Shown: piece by piece, positions 55,621 to 64,000 of the stretch
Numbering within the stretch: position 1 is the first letter of the stretch
How the letters are laid out: each line of letters opens with the position of its first letter
Sequence record: NC_042060.1
Length of the DNA: 64,000 nt
Reading direction: 5' to 3' (one strand)
Made by a program: the position numbers and the translations under genes
The notes under the pieces: generated by a model
Told to the model about the DNA's origin: nothing
The model's database searches: none
The model's input: only the letters and a program-made list of their open reading frames with translations

Positions 55621-55945
55621 CAGTTTTTACAATGGACCACCAACGGAGCCTGGCCCGATCCTAGCGTCGTCTACAAAGCTTAACCTCCGCTCTTCTCTGT
55701 AGCGCTCTGACACTAGAACCTTTTACCATCCATTGTAGTTTTTTGATCACACGTCACCTTTTGAGTAACTCCTTTCGGTTAAGTGATCTATCATCCTCGT
55801 GTAGTGATAGGTCGACCTAGACTAAGTCCACTAGTCGATTACTTCACGGAACCTACTCCTAACCGTTATCACTGAAGTGAACCGGGTCGCAGTATTAGAA
55901 TCGGGATGTTACTTATTTAACATCCCTATCTACCGAGGTATTTCC
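55621..55945 (-). ncRNA. Highly structured non-coding RNA / chimallin mRNA 3' UTR
   Basis: At least seven stems identified by eye, some needing G-U pairs available only on the minus strand; GC content visibly higher than other intergenic DNA; no long ORF. Confidence 0.6.
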
Positions 55946-55947
55946 TA

Positions 55948-57828
55948 TTAGTACCAGGTACCCGGTGCATTATAGGAAGGAGCGCCGTAAGTTTGACCCA
56001 TGCTGCCAGCCATGCCAACTTGTGCACTACCAGAAACAGCCATGTTACCCATACCGGTGTAACCAGCGAAGCGCTGTTGACCGAAGTTGGTAATTAGGTT
56101 TTCCATGGTTACAGTTACACCAGCTGCTGCTGCTGCGGCATCCATTGCGGTGATGAATTTCGGGTTAAAGGTTAGACGACGAGCACGACCAGTATAGGTA
56201 ACGTTACCTAGGTACATCTTGTCGAAGCCTTTACTGTTATTCATACGACGCACAATGTGGTCATTACCTACCTGAGTAGCATACCAGGTCTTCCACTCTT
56301 GGTCATTACCTTCAGACATGTTCATGGCACCTAGAACGTCGAGATCACGACGGTCGCTTAGTTCACCATGCTCATCAGTGTAGTGACCGAGGTCTACTTC
56401 ATGATGGTTGTCAAAGATAATCGGACCAGCTTCAGCTAGATTATAGAACTGACGGAAATCAGTGCCGTATAGGTTAGTTAGAGCTTGGAAGATCAGACTA
56501 ACTGCACGAGCTTGGTTTACGCCACCAGCTGCATCTAGGACGACTTGCTCAATAGCTGAGTTGTCTCCCATTGGATCGACATCGATCTGGAATGCAGGGT
56601 TCTGGTTAACCATCTTGTTCATTAGCATTACGAAGTTGCTGTCGTCTGCCATGAATGCTTCGGTGCGAGTTTCAATCGCTTTACCTAGCTCTGAGTAATA
56701 ACCAAGTGCACCAATATCACGCATCTTACTAGTAGCGATCTTCGGCATTAGAGTACGAGCCCATGCCTGAGATGCAGTTGCACGATACGCGTTACCAAGC
56801 GCGAACAGCCACATTTCTAGAGTCCATGCTTGGATCCAGGACGCCTTACGAACGTCAGTAATAACGATGTAAGGAGTGAACTGCGGAGGTAGAACTGCAC
56901 CAGGTAGAGTTACGCCAAACATGCCTTGTTGCTGGCCAGTGGTCGGAGTCCAATGTAGATCTACGAATAGACTAACTTGGTTTAGCTGGCTATCGGTATC
57001 ATAGAACTCGTTCTCAGGTACGTTGGTTTTCTTACCACGGCTAGTGGAGATGACCAGGTCAGAACGGATCGGATTACCACAGCTATCTTTAACCGGAATA
57101 CCATTGTAGTCTAGATTGCAGGTAAGCTGTTCGTTTTCTGCTTTGATGTGGGTCGCAATAGAGAACGGAGTCTCATTGTTACGACGCGCAATAGCATCTT
57201 CACAGATATTAACGGATTCAACTAGTAGGTTCTTAACAGCTAGTTCATCTTTGAAGTCGAAGTCAGCATACACTGCACGGGGACCGGCAGATAGTACTTC
57301 TAGACCAGGGATGTTGTAACGGTTCCGTAGGAACTCGCCGATCTTGCTCCAGTATTGAGCAGTGAATACATCACGCGGTAGTACCTTCTCTTCAATGATG
57401 TCATCAGTTAGACCATTGTTGATTTTGTGGGTACGGGGACGGATGCGAGTACCAGGTAGGTTATCGAGTACTAGAGTACGAACGAATGCCTTCATGGAAC
57501 CATTGATATCTTTAGCTAGTTTAACAATGAGTAGACCAGCCATACCCACTTGTTGTGCATCGCGATCGAAACGATGGATATCGAAGTCATCAGGTAGGTC
57601 CTGATGGCGGATTGCTTCTTCTTTTACTTTAGTGAATACTTGTAGGGCATCTGCTGAACGAGCATCAGAGCCATCTAGCCGACCAGAGCGACGCATTAGA
57701 TGGTTAATGCCAGTAGTGGACCCAGGTGCGCCAGCCGGACGTTGAGCTTGACGTTGTGCAGTGGGTTGCGGAGCCGGAGCGGTAGCTTGAGTTTGAACGG
57801 TGCCGATTTCGTTTTCGTTAACAGCCAT
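55948..57828 (-). CDS. chmA: Chimallin, major phage nuclear shell protein (gp54-like), 626 aa
   Basis: Recognised N-terminus [12 protein letters not shown]..., size, highly biased codon usage, and position directly upstream of the nvRNAP beta' gene. Confidence 0.9.
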   Translation of the reverse strand: MAVNENEIGTVQTQATAPAPQPTAQRQAQRPAGAPGSTTGINHLMRRSGRLDGSDARSADALQVFTKVKEEAIRHQDLPDDFDIHRFDRDAQQVGMAGLLIVKLAKDINGSMKAFVRTLVLDNLPGTRIRPRTHKINNGLTDDIIEEKVLPRDVFTAQYWSKIGEFLRNRYNIPGLEVLSAGPRAVYADFDFKDELAVKNLLVESVNICEDAIARRNNETPFSIATHIKAENEQLTCNLDYNGIPVKDSCGNPIRSDLVISTSRGKKTNVPENEFYDTDSQLNQVSLFVDLHWTPTTGQQQGMFGVTLPGAVLPPQFTPYIVITDVRKASWIQAWTLEMWLFALGNAYRATASQAWARTLMPKIATSKMRDIGALGYYSELGKAIETRTEAFMADDSNFVMLMNKMVNQNPAFQIDVDPMGDNSAIEQVVLDAAGGVNQARAVSLIFQALTNLYGTDFRQFYNLAEAGPIIFDNHHEVDLGHYTDEHGELSDRRDLDVLGAMNMSEGNDQEWKTWYATQVGNDHIVRRMNNSKGFDKMYLGNVTYTGRARRLTFNPKFITAMDAAAAAAGVTVTMENLITNFGQQRFAGYTGMGNMAVSGSAQVGMAGSMGQTYGAPSYNAPGTWY

Positions 57829-57900
57829 TTTAAATACCTTTACGATTATGGTTTCTTGATCAAGAAGAACCTAAGTACTTAGTATACTAGATTCAATTTA

Positions 57901-57920
57901 GTAATATAAATCTCAAATTT
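57901..57920 (-). promoter_or_regulatory. Early promoter of chimallin
   Basis: The minus strand reads AAATTTGAGATTTATATTAC, 19/20 identical to the motif at 45361. Confidence 0.82.
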
Positions 57921-58139
57921 TTTTCATTACAACATAGACGCTATAATCTGCTATCAGCAGATCGTAACGAACACTATGTTCACTACATATTATTACAATC
58001 TGAGTATTATTTATTTTTCATCTTACAATTTCCATATCTTCTTTTTTGAGTTTATGGGTATAAAGTTTGAATCCAGAAACTAATTTACGTCAGTCCTGTA
58101 TTAAATAATAACTATCAGTATTTTTATAAAATGCAGTTA

Positions 58140-58505
58140 TCATTTACTTCGCATATACTTACGAACTGTTCCAAAAAGAGAATGATACAGTTTGTATAGT
58201 TTACTAACTGGATCAACTTTATTATTATCAGTTGTATCAAATTTAGCAATAAATGGTGAATGTGCCGAAGCAGATGTTTCATTTACTTTAACTACACTAC
58301 CAAATCGATATGCGACTAATACCTTTATTAATTCCTCATGGAGTTTAGTAGCAGTTGCTAATGGATTGGGATCATTAGGATCTATCTTAATCCTACGCTC
58401 GACATTGAAAAAGTTTACTACAATTTCTTTGCTAGTCATGTATACAGTAAGATCTTTGTTATTACCTAAATATAGTGGCGGATCTTCAACATTATTTTTA
58501 GCCAT
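58140..58505 (-). CDS. Hypothetical protein (gp53-like), 121 aa
   Basis: AGGA SD; preceded by an early-promoter motif. Confidence 0.65.
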   Translation of the reverse strand: MAKNNVEDPPLYLGNNKDLTVYMTSKEIVVNFFNVERRIKIDPNDPNPLATATKLHEELIKVLVAYRFGSVVKVNETSASAHSPFIAKFDTTDNNKVDPVSKLYKLYHSLFGTVRKYMRSK

Positions 58506-58545
58506 TGTATATTCCTATTTGTAATTACTACTGTTGTTACCAAAC

Positions 58546-58565
58546 TATGATATAGATCTCAATTA
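58546..58565. promoter_or_regulatory. Overlapping divergent promoters: early motif (-) and late TATG (+)
   Basis: The minus strand reads TAATTGAGATCTATATCAT; the plus strand has TATG at 58546-58549, upstream of the 58587 gene. Confidence 0.5.
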
Positions 58566-58586
58566 ATTTTTAATCGGATAATAACC

Positions 58587-59678
58587 ATGTATAATTTATT
58601 TAAGAATGCTCCGTCACGTAAATTGGGGCAGGTGGTTGATCCTAACATCCATTATATCCGACGAATCTACGCTGAGCAAATTAGGGACGTTAAAAGTTAT
58701 TATAGACGGGCACCGAAGTATGTTGAATCTAAAAACATATTAGCACAAATGATTCGACATTTTAACGTAGAGTTACTAAGTGATGATGCTACTTTTATAA
58801 AGAACGTGGACGATCGTTCACGTGCTATTATTCGTTCATTTGGTATTACATCATCTTTAAATAAAGGTAAGGTTCATGTAGGTGGTGTTACACTTGGTCC
58901 TCAAACTGAAGAAGTTCTAGTATCCACATCAGAGAGCTTTGATCTAAAAGATCTAAATAAAACATGGTATAAACTTTCCCCTGTTACGTATCTGTATCAT
59001 ACACGTACTGATACTAATTTACCTATCATGAACAATACCACACAGGGTAGAGGCTATGGTGTAACTCTAGTAAATATACCAATGCTTCTTGTGATGTACC
59101 GTTACTGGTATCGATGGCAAGTTGAGAAGAATCCTGATGAAGTAGAAGACACTTATAGGTTTATAGGATCATTTGTATTGCCAAATATGGTTGACTCTTA
59201 TTTAGATATTTCTTTCTTTAATAGGTTAGCAAGGAATGCTTTAGATATTAAAAATCCAACATTCCCTATACCGCATCCATTTTACATCACTGATATGAAT
59301 CCACGTATTGATAAACTATGTACAACTATCAATAGAGAATCCATATTAAAAGGTGTAGACATGGAAGGTTTATCATGGATAACACCAGCTATCGTACAAT
59401 CTAATTTGTTCGATATGATGCGGCTCCCACGAGAACCTATTAACAGGAATAATGAATGGGCTTATGTATTGGCTCGCACACCCTTCATTAAGTATCTTGT
59501 AGGGCAGCTTTTAAAGAATACTGGTTATGATCAATCTTCTGTTAACACTGTATTAATTGATCTTATAGAAGCATCTAATGATCAAGCATTTAAGCAACAA
59601 GCAAATAGTGAGTTTGTAAAAGCTCAACAGGCACAAGTTGATTGGATGATAGATGCACTTAAAAGAAAAGAAATGTGA
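58587..59678 (+). CDS. Conserved Chimalliviridae protein (gp52-like), 363 aa
   Basis: Long ORF; conserved inverted position next to chimallin (synteny). Confidence 0.7.
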   Translation: MYNLFKNAPSRKLGQVVDPNIHYIRRIYAEQIRDVKSYYRRAPKYVESKNILAQMIRHFNVELLSDDATFIKNVDDRSRAIIRSFGITSSLNKGKVHVGGVTLGPQTEEVLVSTSESFDLKDLNKTWYKLSPVTYLYHTRTDTNLPIMNNTTQGRGYGVTLVNIPMLLVMYRYWYRWQVEKNPDEVEDTYRFIGSFVLPNMVDSYLDISFFNRLARNALDIKNPTFPIPHPFYITDMNPRIDKLCTTINRESILKGVDMEGLSWITPAIVQSNLFDMMRLPREPINRNNEWAYVLARTPFIKYLVGQLLKNTGYDQSSVNTVLIDLIEASNDQAFKQQANSEFVKAQQAQVDWMIDALKRKEM

Positions 59679-59713
59679 CATAAACCCCCTCCTAAATTGG
59701 AGGGGGTTATATG
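59679..59713. terminator. Bidirectional terminator
   Basis: AACCCCCTCC / GGAGGGGGTT; CATAA and TATATG flanks. Confidence 0.85.
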
Positions 59714-59721
59714 CCGTTTTA

Positions 59722-60444
59722 TTAGAAATTACCTTTCTTCATTTTAGAAAGTAATTTTCTACGTTCAGCTCGGTTAATTCCTGGGATAGCTGGTAATAGC
59801 ATTTTATTACTAAACTTACCTGGCTTGCGGTCATGATTTAGTAATTGATCAACTACAGCTTGGTCACTGCTTTTAACTCCATTATCCATTTCATCTAATG
59901 GGTCCATAATAGCTTTAGCAGTCAATCTTAGATGAGTAACTAGTTCATCAAATGAACTATCGGTATTAATAAGTTGTTTATCAACACCTTCTTTAAGAGC
60001 TTGTTTAATAGTTACGTCTTTTACCAGGATATTATCACATTCCCAAAGAGTTGTATGATGGGTATTTAACATTAATTCAAGTGAGACATTATTGTAATCG
60101 TTGTCAGCACTTGAGTGCCAATTGAATTCATCAATATAGTCATTTAGACTCATTAACTTTGGTGGTTCGTTACTAGAGGTAATTAAACCAATTGGTTGAA
60201 CATCATCTAGTGAACTTTTATCACTAGTAATTGCAGTTGTTTCAGTAGTAACATCAACTTCTTTTAATTCGTTGGTATAAGTTACATATACTAATTCTTC
60301 ACTACCGTCATCCAAAAGAACATAGGCTGTTGCTTTGGTGGAATCATCAGGTGCTAATCCATGGATCCTAATACGATTATCATTTACTAATTTACTATAA
60401 TCATTCCAGGTAATTACGCGGACTTCTTTATTCTCTTTCATCAT
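59722..60444 (-). CDS. Hypothetical protein (gp51-like), 240 aa
   Basis: GAGG SD; acidic body with a basic NRAERRK tail. Confidence 0.65.
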   Translation of the reverse strand: MMKENKEVRVITWNDYSKLVNDNRIRIHGLAPDDSTKATAYVLLDDGSEELVYVTYTNELKEVDVTTETTAITSDKSSLDDVQPIGLITSSNEPPKLMSLNDYIDEFNWHSSADNDYNNVSLELMLNTHHTTLWECDNILVKDVTIKQALKEGVDKQLINTDSSFDELVTHLRLTAKAIMDPLDEMDNGVKSSDQAVVDQLLNHDRKPGKFSNKMLLPAIPGINRAERRKLLSKMKKGNF

Positions 60445-60637
60445 TAGTTACCTCTTTTAATTTGTCTTTAATATAACTTCGGATAAATGCTCGTTTTTCT
60501 TCACGAGTTAACCCAGGTGGAGCGGTTGGTAATGTGATAGTACCACTGTTAATTGCCTTCTTCATCCGATCTAAGTCAAAATTAAATTCGGTATGATTTG
60601 TCATTATATTGAACCATATTAAGTTAGTAATTGGCAA
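60428..60637 (-). CDS. Small phage protein (likely start MTNH at 60604)
   Basis: FNFDLDRMKKAINSG...PGLTREEKRAFI resembles a recurrent small phage protein pattern; overlaps the next gene. Confidence 0.55.
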   Translation of the reverse strand: MPITNLIWFNIMTNHTEFNFDLDRMKKAINSGTITLPTAPPGLTREEKRAFIRSYIKDKLKEVTNDERE

Positions 60638-60641
60638 TCAG

Positions 60642-60660
60642 ACTATATAAATCTTAATTA
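60642..60660 (-). promoter_or_regulatory. Early promoter-like motif (degenerate)
   Basis: The minus strand reads TAATTAAGATTTATATAGT. Confidence 0.45.
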
Positions 60661-60674
60661 TTTTTTAGTATATA

Positions 60675-60695
60675 AGCCTCCCACTAGGGGAGGCT
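60675..60695 (-). terminator. Terminator after DNA polymerase
   Basis: AGCCTCCC / GGGAGGCT stem. Confidence 0.75.
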
Positions 60696-60702
60696 ATATT
60701 TC

Positions 60703-62898
60703 TTAATAGAAGTCAGAGATGAGTCGATCGTTATTTTTATCAATAAGGAAAATACCTAGGGACTCTAAGGTTAGATAGAATACACCCATAGTGTTTCCAA
60801 TGATTGTTCTAACGTCAGCAACACGCGTAATAACTTCTGGAATACGACCAGTTTCTACTACTGTACTAGGAATATGGAAATCACCAATACTGGTTTTATT
60901 TTCTTCAGTAACCCATGCTTGAATACGAGCAGCTAATTTCTTATCTTCGATACCATCAATCCATTCTTTGATCGCAGTTTTATTATTAAGAGTAACTGAG
61001 ATCTTTACATGTGAATAAGGTGGATCACCAGCTTCACCAAATGACGGAGCAAATACAGTCTTCCACACCAATCCCTTTTTATGAGTTGAGTTATCTTCAG
61101 ATTTATAAGATTCAGGTCGTTTAGTTTGACCACTTGTAAGATACTCGGCTTTACCACTTCTAACAGACTCAATAATTTCTCTTTCGATATTACCGGCTTC
61201 TTTTAGAATTGAAGCTAAGTCGATTTTCTCTTCAGCCTTTACCGTCTTAATAATATCTTCCATGAGTTTTTTAGCACGACTATTAATCTTCTTAGGTACT
61301 TTACTATCCCTTAGCCCCACGCCTTTAATCTCCATCCGAGATTCATTAAACATCACCCCTTCTTGGGCATCCTGTGATGCAAAGTAATGTTTAGAACGAG
61401 TGGTTAGGGCCAGTACTGCGAAATAATATTCGTTCTTCATTGCAAATAGACGAAGCTTATCTTTAGCTACACCCATATTAGCGGATTGAATCGCTAAGAT
61501 ATGCATAACTACTTCAGATACTAGAAACACTAGTGCGAATACTAGTCGTTTAGCCTCATTGCTAAAAGTTACTTTACCAAAGAATTCCTCAACCCACCAT
61601 TGTAATGTAAACATAGTGGAGTCGGTATCTGAAATAACAGCGGCGCGCCTATACACAGTTGGAAAAGCATGAATACTTGATGGTACACAATTAGTCAAGA
61701 AGAATGCTTCAATCAATAGACGATATTCATTAAGAGTTTCTGCAATGTTTCGACCAGTTGCGAAAATTTGATTCAGTGTATCTGGATCGGATTCTTTTAG
61801 TTTAGCTTTAGATCGACCCTTAACAGTATCAAAGCAAATAAAGCTAGCCAATAGATCCATATCACCATCGTAAGTTGAATATTCTTCTTCAGTGATGATT
61901 TGTTCTTTTGTCCCAACCTGGCTTAATTTAATTAGAAAGCTCTTGATTAATTCTTTATTGTATTTATATAAGTGATATAGATCACCTACATACATAACTG
62001 CTGCCCGTTCGACTGGCGTCATCCCAGTAGCTAGTTTTAAAATCTGTGCCGTGTAGTACTTATTTTGCCAATAGTGTTTAGTTGAATAAAGAACCATATC
62101 AACTACTTCTTCTGGCGTTGGGCAATGTAGATTAAAATTAGTTACTGCTTTTTGAATTAACTCCATATCAGCTACATTAATAATATTTACTAAATTAGCT
62201 TTTGTGATTTCTGGAGTGTAATAATGCCTATTACCCATAATGAATTTTTCATTATTTGAGTTAGCATAAGAGGTACCAGTTCTACAGGTGGATGTTAAAC
62301 TAGAGTGTGTGGATTTATAATAAAGAATAGTGGCAGCAGATACAGTACCGCCCGAATATGAGTTATTGTTAATTTTGAAGTTTTCTTGTTCACCTTTACG
62401 TACTTGTGCAAGTTCTGTTTTAATTCGTGAATTCTCTTTGTCGCCGGCCTGTAAGAAAGCAGCTGCTTCACGTTCAGCCTGCATCTGTTCACCTTTAACT
62501 CGCTTACGGTTTTTCACACCTTCGGCAATATAGATGGAGTGTGTAGACTGTCTAACAGACTCTGGTAAATATGCAGTCATTGATGGTGATAATAATAGAT
62601 TCTGTTTCTTAACACGGTTAAGGAAAGCCATGAATGAAACAGTCTTTAATTCCCTATCACCAAACTTATTTTTATCTAGAATAGTTGCAACTGGATTACG
62701 AAGTGCATATTCACCATTTTGACGTAATTGTTCTTTAACAAATTCTTTACATTCTTCTAAACTAATATTTAATTCATCTTTTGTCATTAATTGAAGATAT
62801 TTGGCATTATCATCAAGACATGCATTAATGATATCAATATCACGATGGTAATCATTGACATCTTTTAAAAACGGATTTGGTTGGGCAAATGCGGTCAT
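60703..62898 (-). CDS. Split family-B DNA polymerase, catalytic subunit (gp50-like), 731 aa
   Basis: Motif B KINNNSYSGG and motif C ISDTDST; motif A and the exonuclease are on the separate 24452..26368 gene. Confidence 0.88.
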   Translation of the reverse strand: MTAFAQPNPFLKDVNDYHRDIDIINACLDDNAKYLQLMTKDELNISLEECKEFVKEQLRQNGEYALRNPVATILDKNKFGDRELKTVSFMAFLNRVKKQNLLLSPSMTAYLPESVRQSTHSIYIAEGVKNRKRVKGEQMQAEREAAAFLQAGDKENSRIKTELAQVRKGEQENFKINNNSYSGGTVSAATILYYKSTHSSLTSTCRTGTSYANSNNEKFIMGNRHYYTPEITKANLVNIINVADMELIQKAVTNFNLHCPTPEEVVDMVLYSTKHYWQNKYYTAQILKLATGMTPVERAAVMYVGDLYHLYKYNKELIKSFLIKLSQVGTKEQIITEEEYSTYDGDMDLLASFICFDTVKGRSKAKLKESDPDTLNQIFATGRNIAETLNEYRLLIEAFFLTNCVPSSIHAFPTVYRRAAVISDTDSTMFTLQWWVEEFFGKVTFSNEAKRLVFALVFLVSEVVMHILAIQSANMGVAKDKLRLFAMKNEYYFAVLALTTRSKHYFASQDAQEGVMFNESRMEIKGVGLRDSKVPKKINSRAKKLMEDIIKTVKAEEKIDLASILKEAGNIEREIIESVRSGKAEYLTSGQTKRPESYKSEDNSTHKKGLVWKTVFAPSFGEAGDPPYSHVKISVTLNNKTAIKEWIDGIEDKKLAARIQAWVTEENKTSIGDFHIPSTVVETGRIPEVITRVADVRTIIGNTMGVFYLTLESLGIFLIDKNNDRLISDFY

Positions 62899-62980
62899 TT
62901 CACATATCTCTCAGTATACTTATTTTTTAATTATAGTGAATGATTTCTCTCTTTTTAACTAAAAAAGAAAAGGAAAGAAT

Positions 62981-63001
62981 GGGTACCCTATACGGGTACC
63001 C
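62981..63001 (-). terminator. Hairpin of two self-palindromic GGGTACCC units, followed by a T-rich tract
   Basis: GGGTACCC-TATAC-GGGTACCC; the minus strand continues ATTCTTTCCTTTTCTTTTTT. Confidence 0.6.
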
Positions 63002-63068
63002 TAAATTGAGAGGTAGCACATCAACTTACATTCACATTAGATGATGTAAGTAAGTAAAAATAAAACAA

Positions 63069-63098
63069 CATAAAAGGAGCCATTATGGCTCCTTTATA
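63069..63098. terminator. Terminator hairpin
   Basis: AAAGGAGCCA / TGGCTCCTTT; the minus strand continues TTATG. Confidence 0.8.
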
Positions 63099-63099
63099 G

Positions 63100-63525
<426 letters not shown>

Positions 63526-63550
63526 CTAAAATAGTTGGTTACATAGGGTA

Positions 63551-63934
63551 TTACTCATCTAGTAATACTACTACACCAAACAGACCTTTCGTATCCATTG
63601 GTACTGTAATGAGTACATGTCCATCTGGATACTTTTCTTTAAAACTATTGATAAAGTCGGTGCAATATTCAATAACATATCCTTTAGTAGAATAATTCTC
63701 CAACTCAATATCTTCGTCAGGATCATCAAATGAGTCATGTCCATACATCAGCATATGGATATATATGTCATTATTAAGCGTATCCATATAACTTAACTTA
63801 CGTGATTCTTCAAATAAATCAAGTGGTGTTGGACAATCTGGATATATCATTCGTTTTGTATATTCACGAAGCAAATGTTGCGAATATACTTCTGATTCCT
63901 TAGATTTGAATACGATAAATACTCGTTTTTCCAT
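63551..63934 (-). CDS. Hypothetical protein (gp48-like), 127 aa
   Basis: AGGA SD. Confidence 0.6.
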   Translation of the reverse strand: MEKRVFIVFKSKESEVYSQHLLREYTKRMIYPDCPTPLDLFEESRKLSYMDTLNNDIYIHMLMYGHDSFDDPDEDIELENYSTKGYVIEYCTDFINSFKEKYPDGHVLITVPMDTKGLFGVVVLLDE

Positions 63935-63945
63935 ATCGGTTCCTA

Positions 63946-63980
63946 GTAGGAAGCCTATGTGAACCGATAGGCTTTCCTAT
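63946..63980. terminator. Hairpin upstream of gp48-like gene
   Basis: AGGAAGCCTAT / ATAGGCTTTCCT with one bulge. Confidence 0.5.
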
Positions 63981-64000
63981 TTGCGTCAATTGTTAATATG

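Noticed and set aside
57985-58135. AT-rich gap as a possible replication origin
   Set aside because: No iterons or other distinguishing repeats seen; AT-richness alone is not evidence in this genome.
58192-58524. 110-aa + strand ORF opposite the gp53-like gene
   Set aside because: The minus-strand ORF has the SD, the promoter motif and typical codon usage.

Overview
The window is about 64 kb of an AT-rich, nucleus-forming jumbo phage (Chimalliviridae), very close to Pseudomonas phage phiKZ. By synteny it spans roughly gp48-gp99; gp numbers come from my recollection of the phiKZ gene order, not from a search. Most genes are on the minus strand. Reading right to left: a split family-B DNA polymerase (gp50- and gp82-like), chimallin (nuclear shell), the non-virion RNA polymerase subunits (beta'-N, gp68 sigma-like, beta-C, beta'-C), PicA, ChmC, an Mre11/SbcD-like nuclease, an SF2 helicase, a virion RNAP subunit, and a long head/inner-body and baseplate block. 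Two group I introns were resolved to the nucleotide. One sits right after the NADFDGD motif of beta' and carries an HNH endonuclease. The other is a 307-nt ORF-less intron at HGG|KG of beta. The signals not explained by the ORF track are: (1) a -1 frameshift signature (T TTT TTT plus a downstream stem) that would extend the gp77-like protein by 165 aa; (2) a start-less 122-codon ORF reachable from the DNA polymerase exonuclease subunit through a C CCA AAG slippery heptamer on its last codons; (3) a densely structured, about 325-nt RNA between the chimallin stop and its terminator; (4) a recurring hairpin flanked by CATAA/TTATG, which may couple terminators to late promoters; (5) several small ORFs missed by the track. 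All mechanistic interpretations are untested inference.
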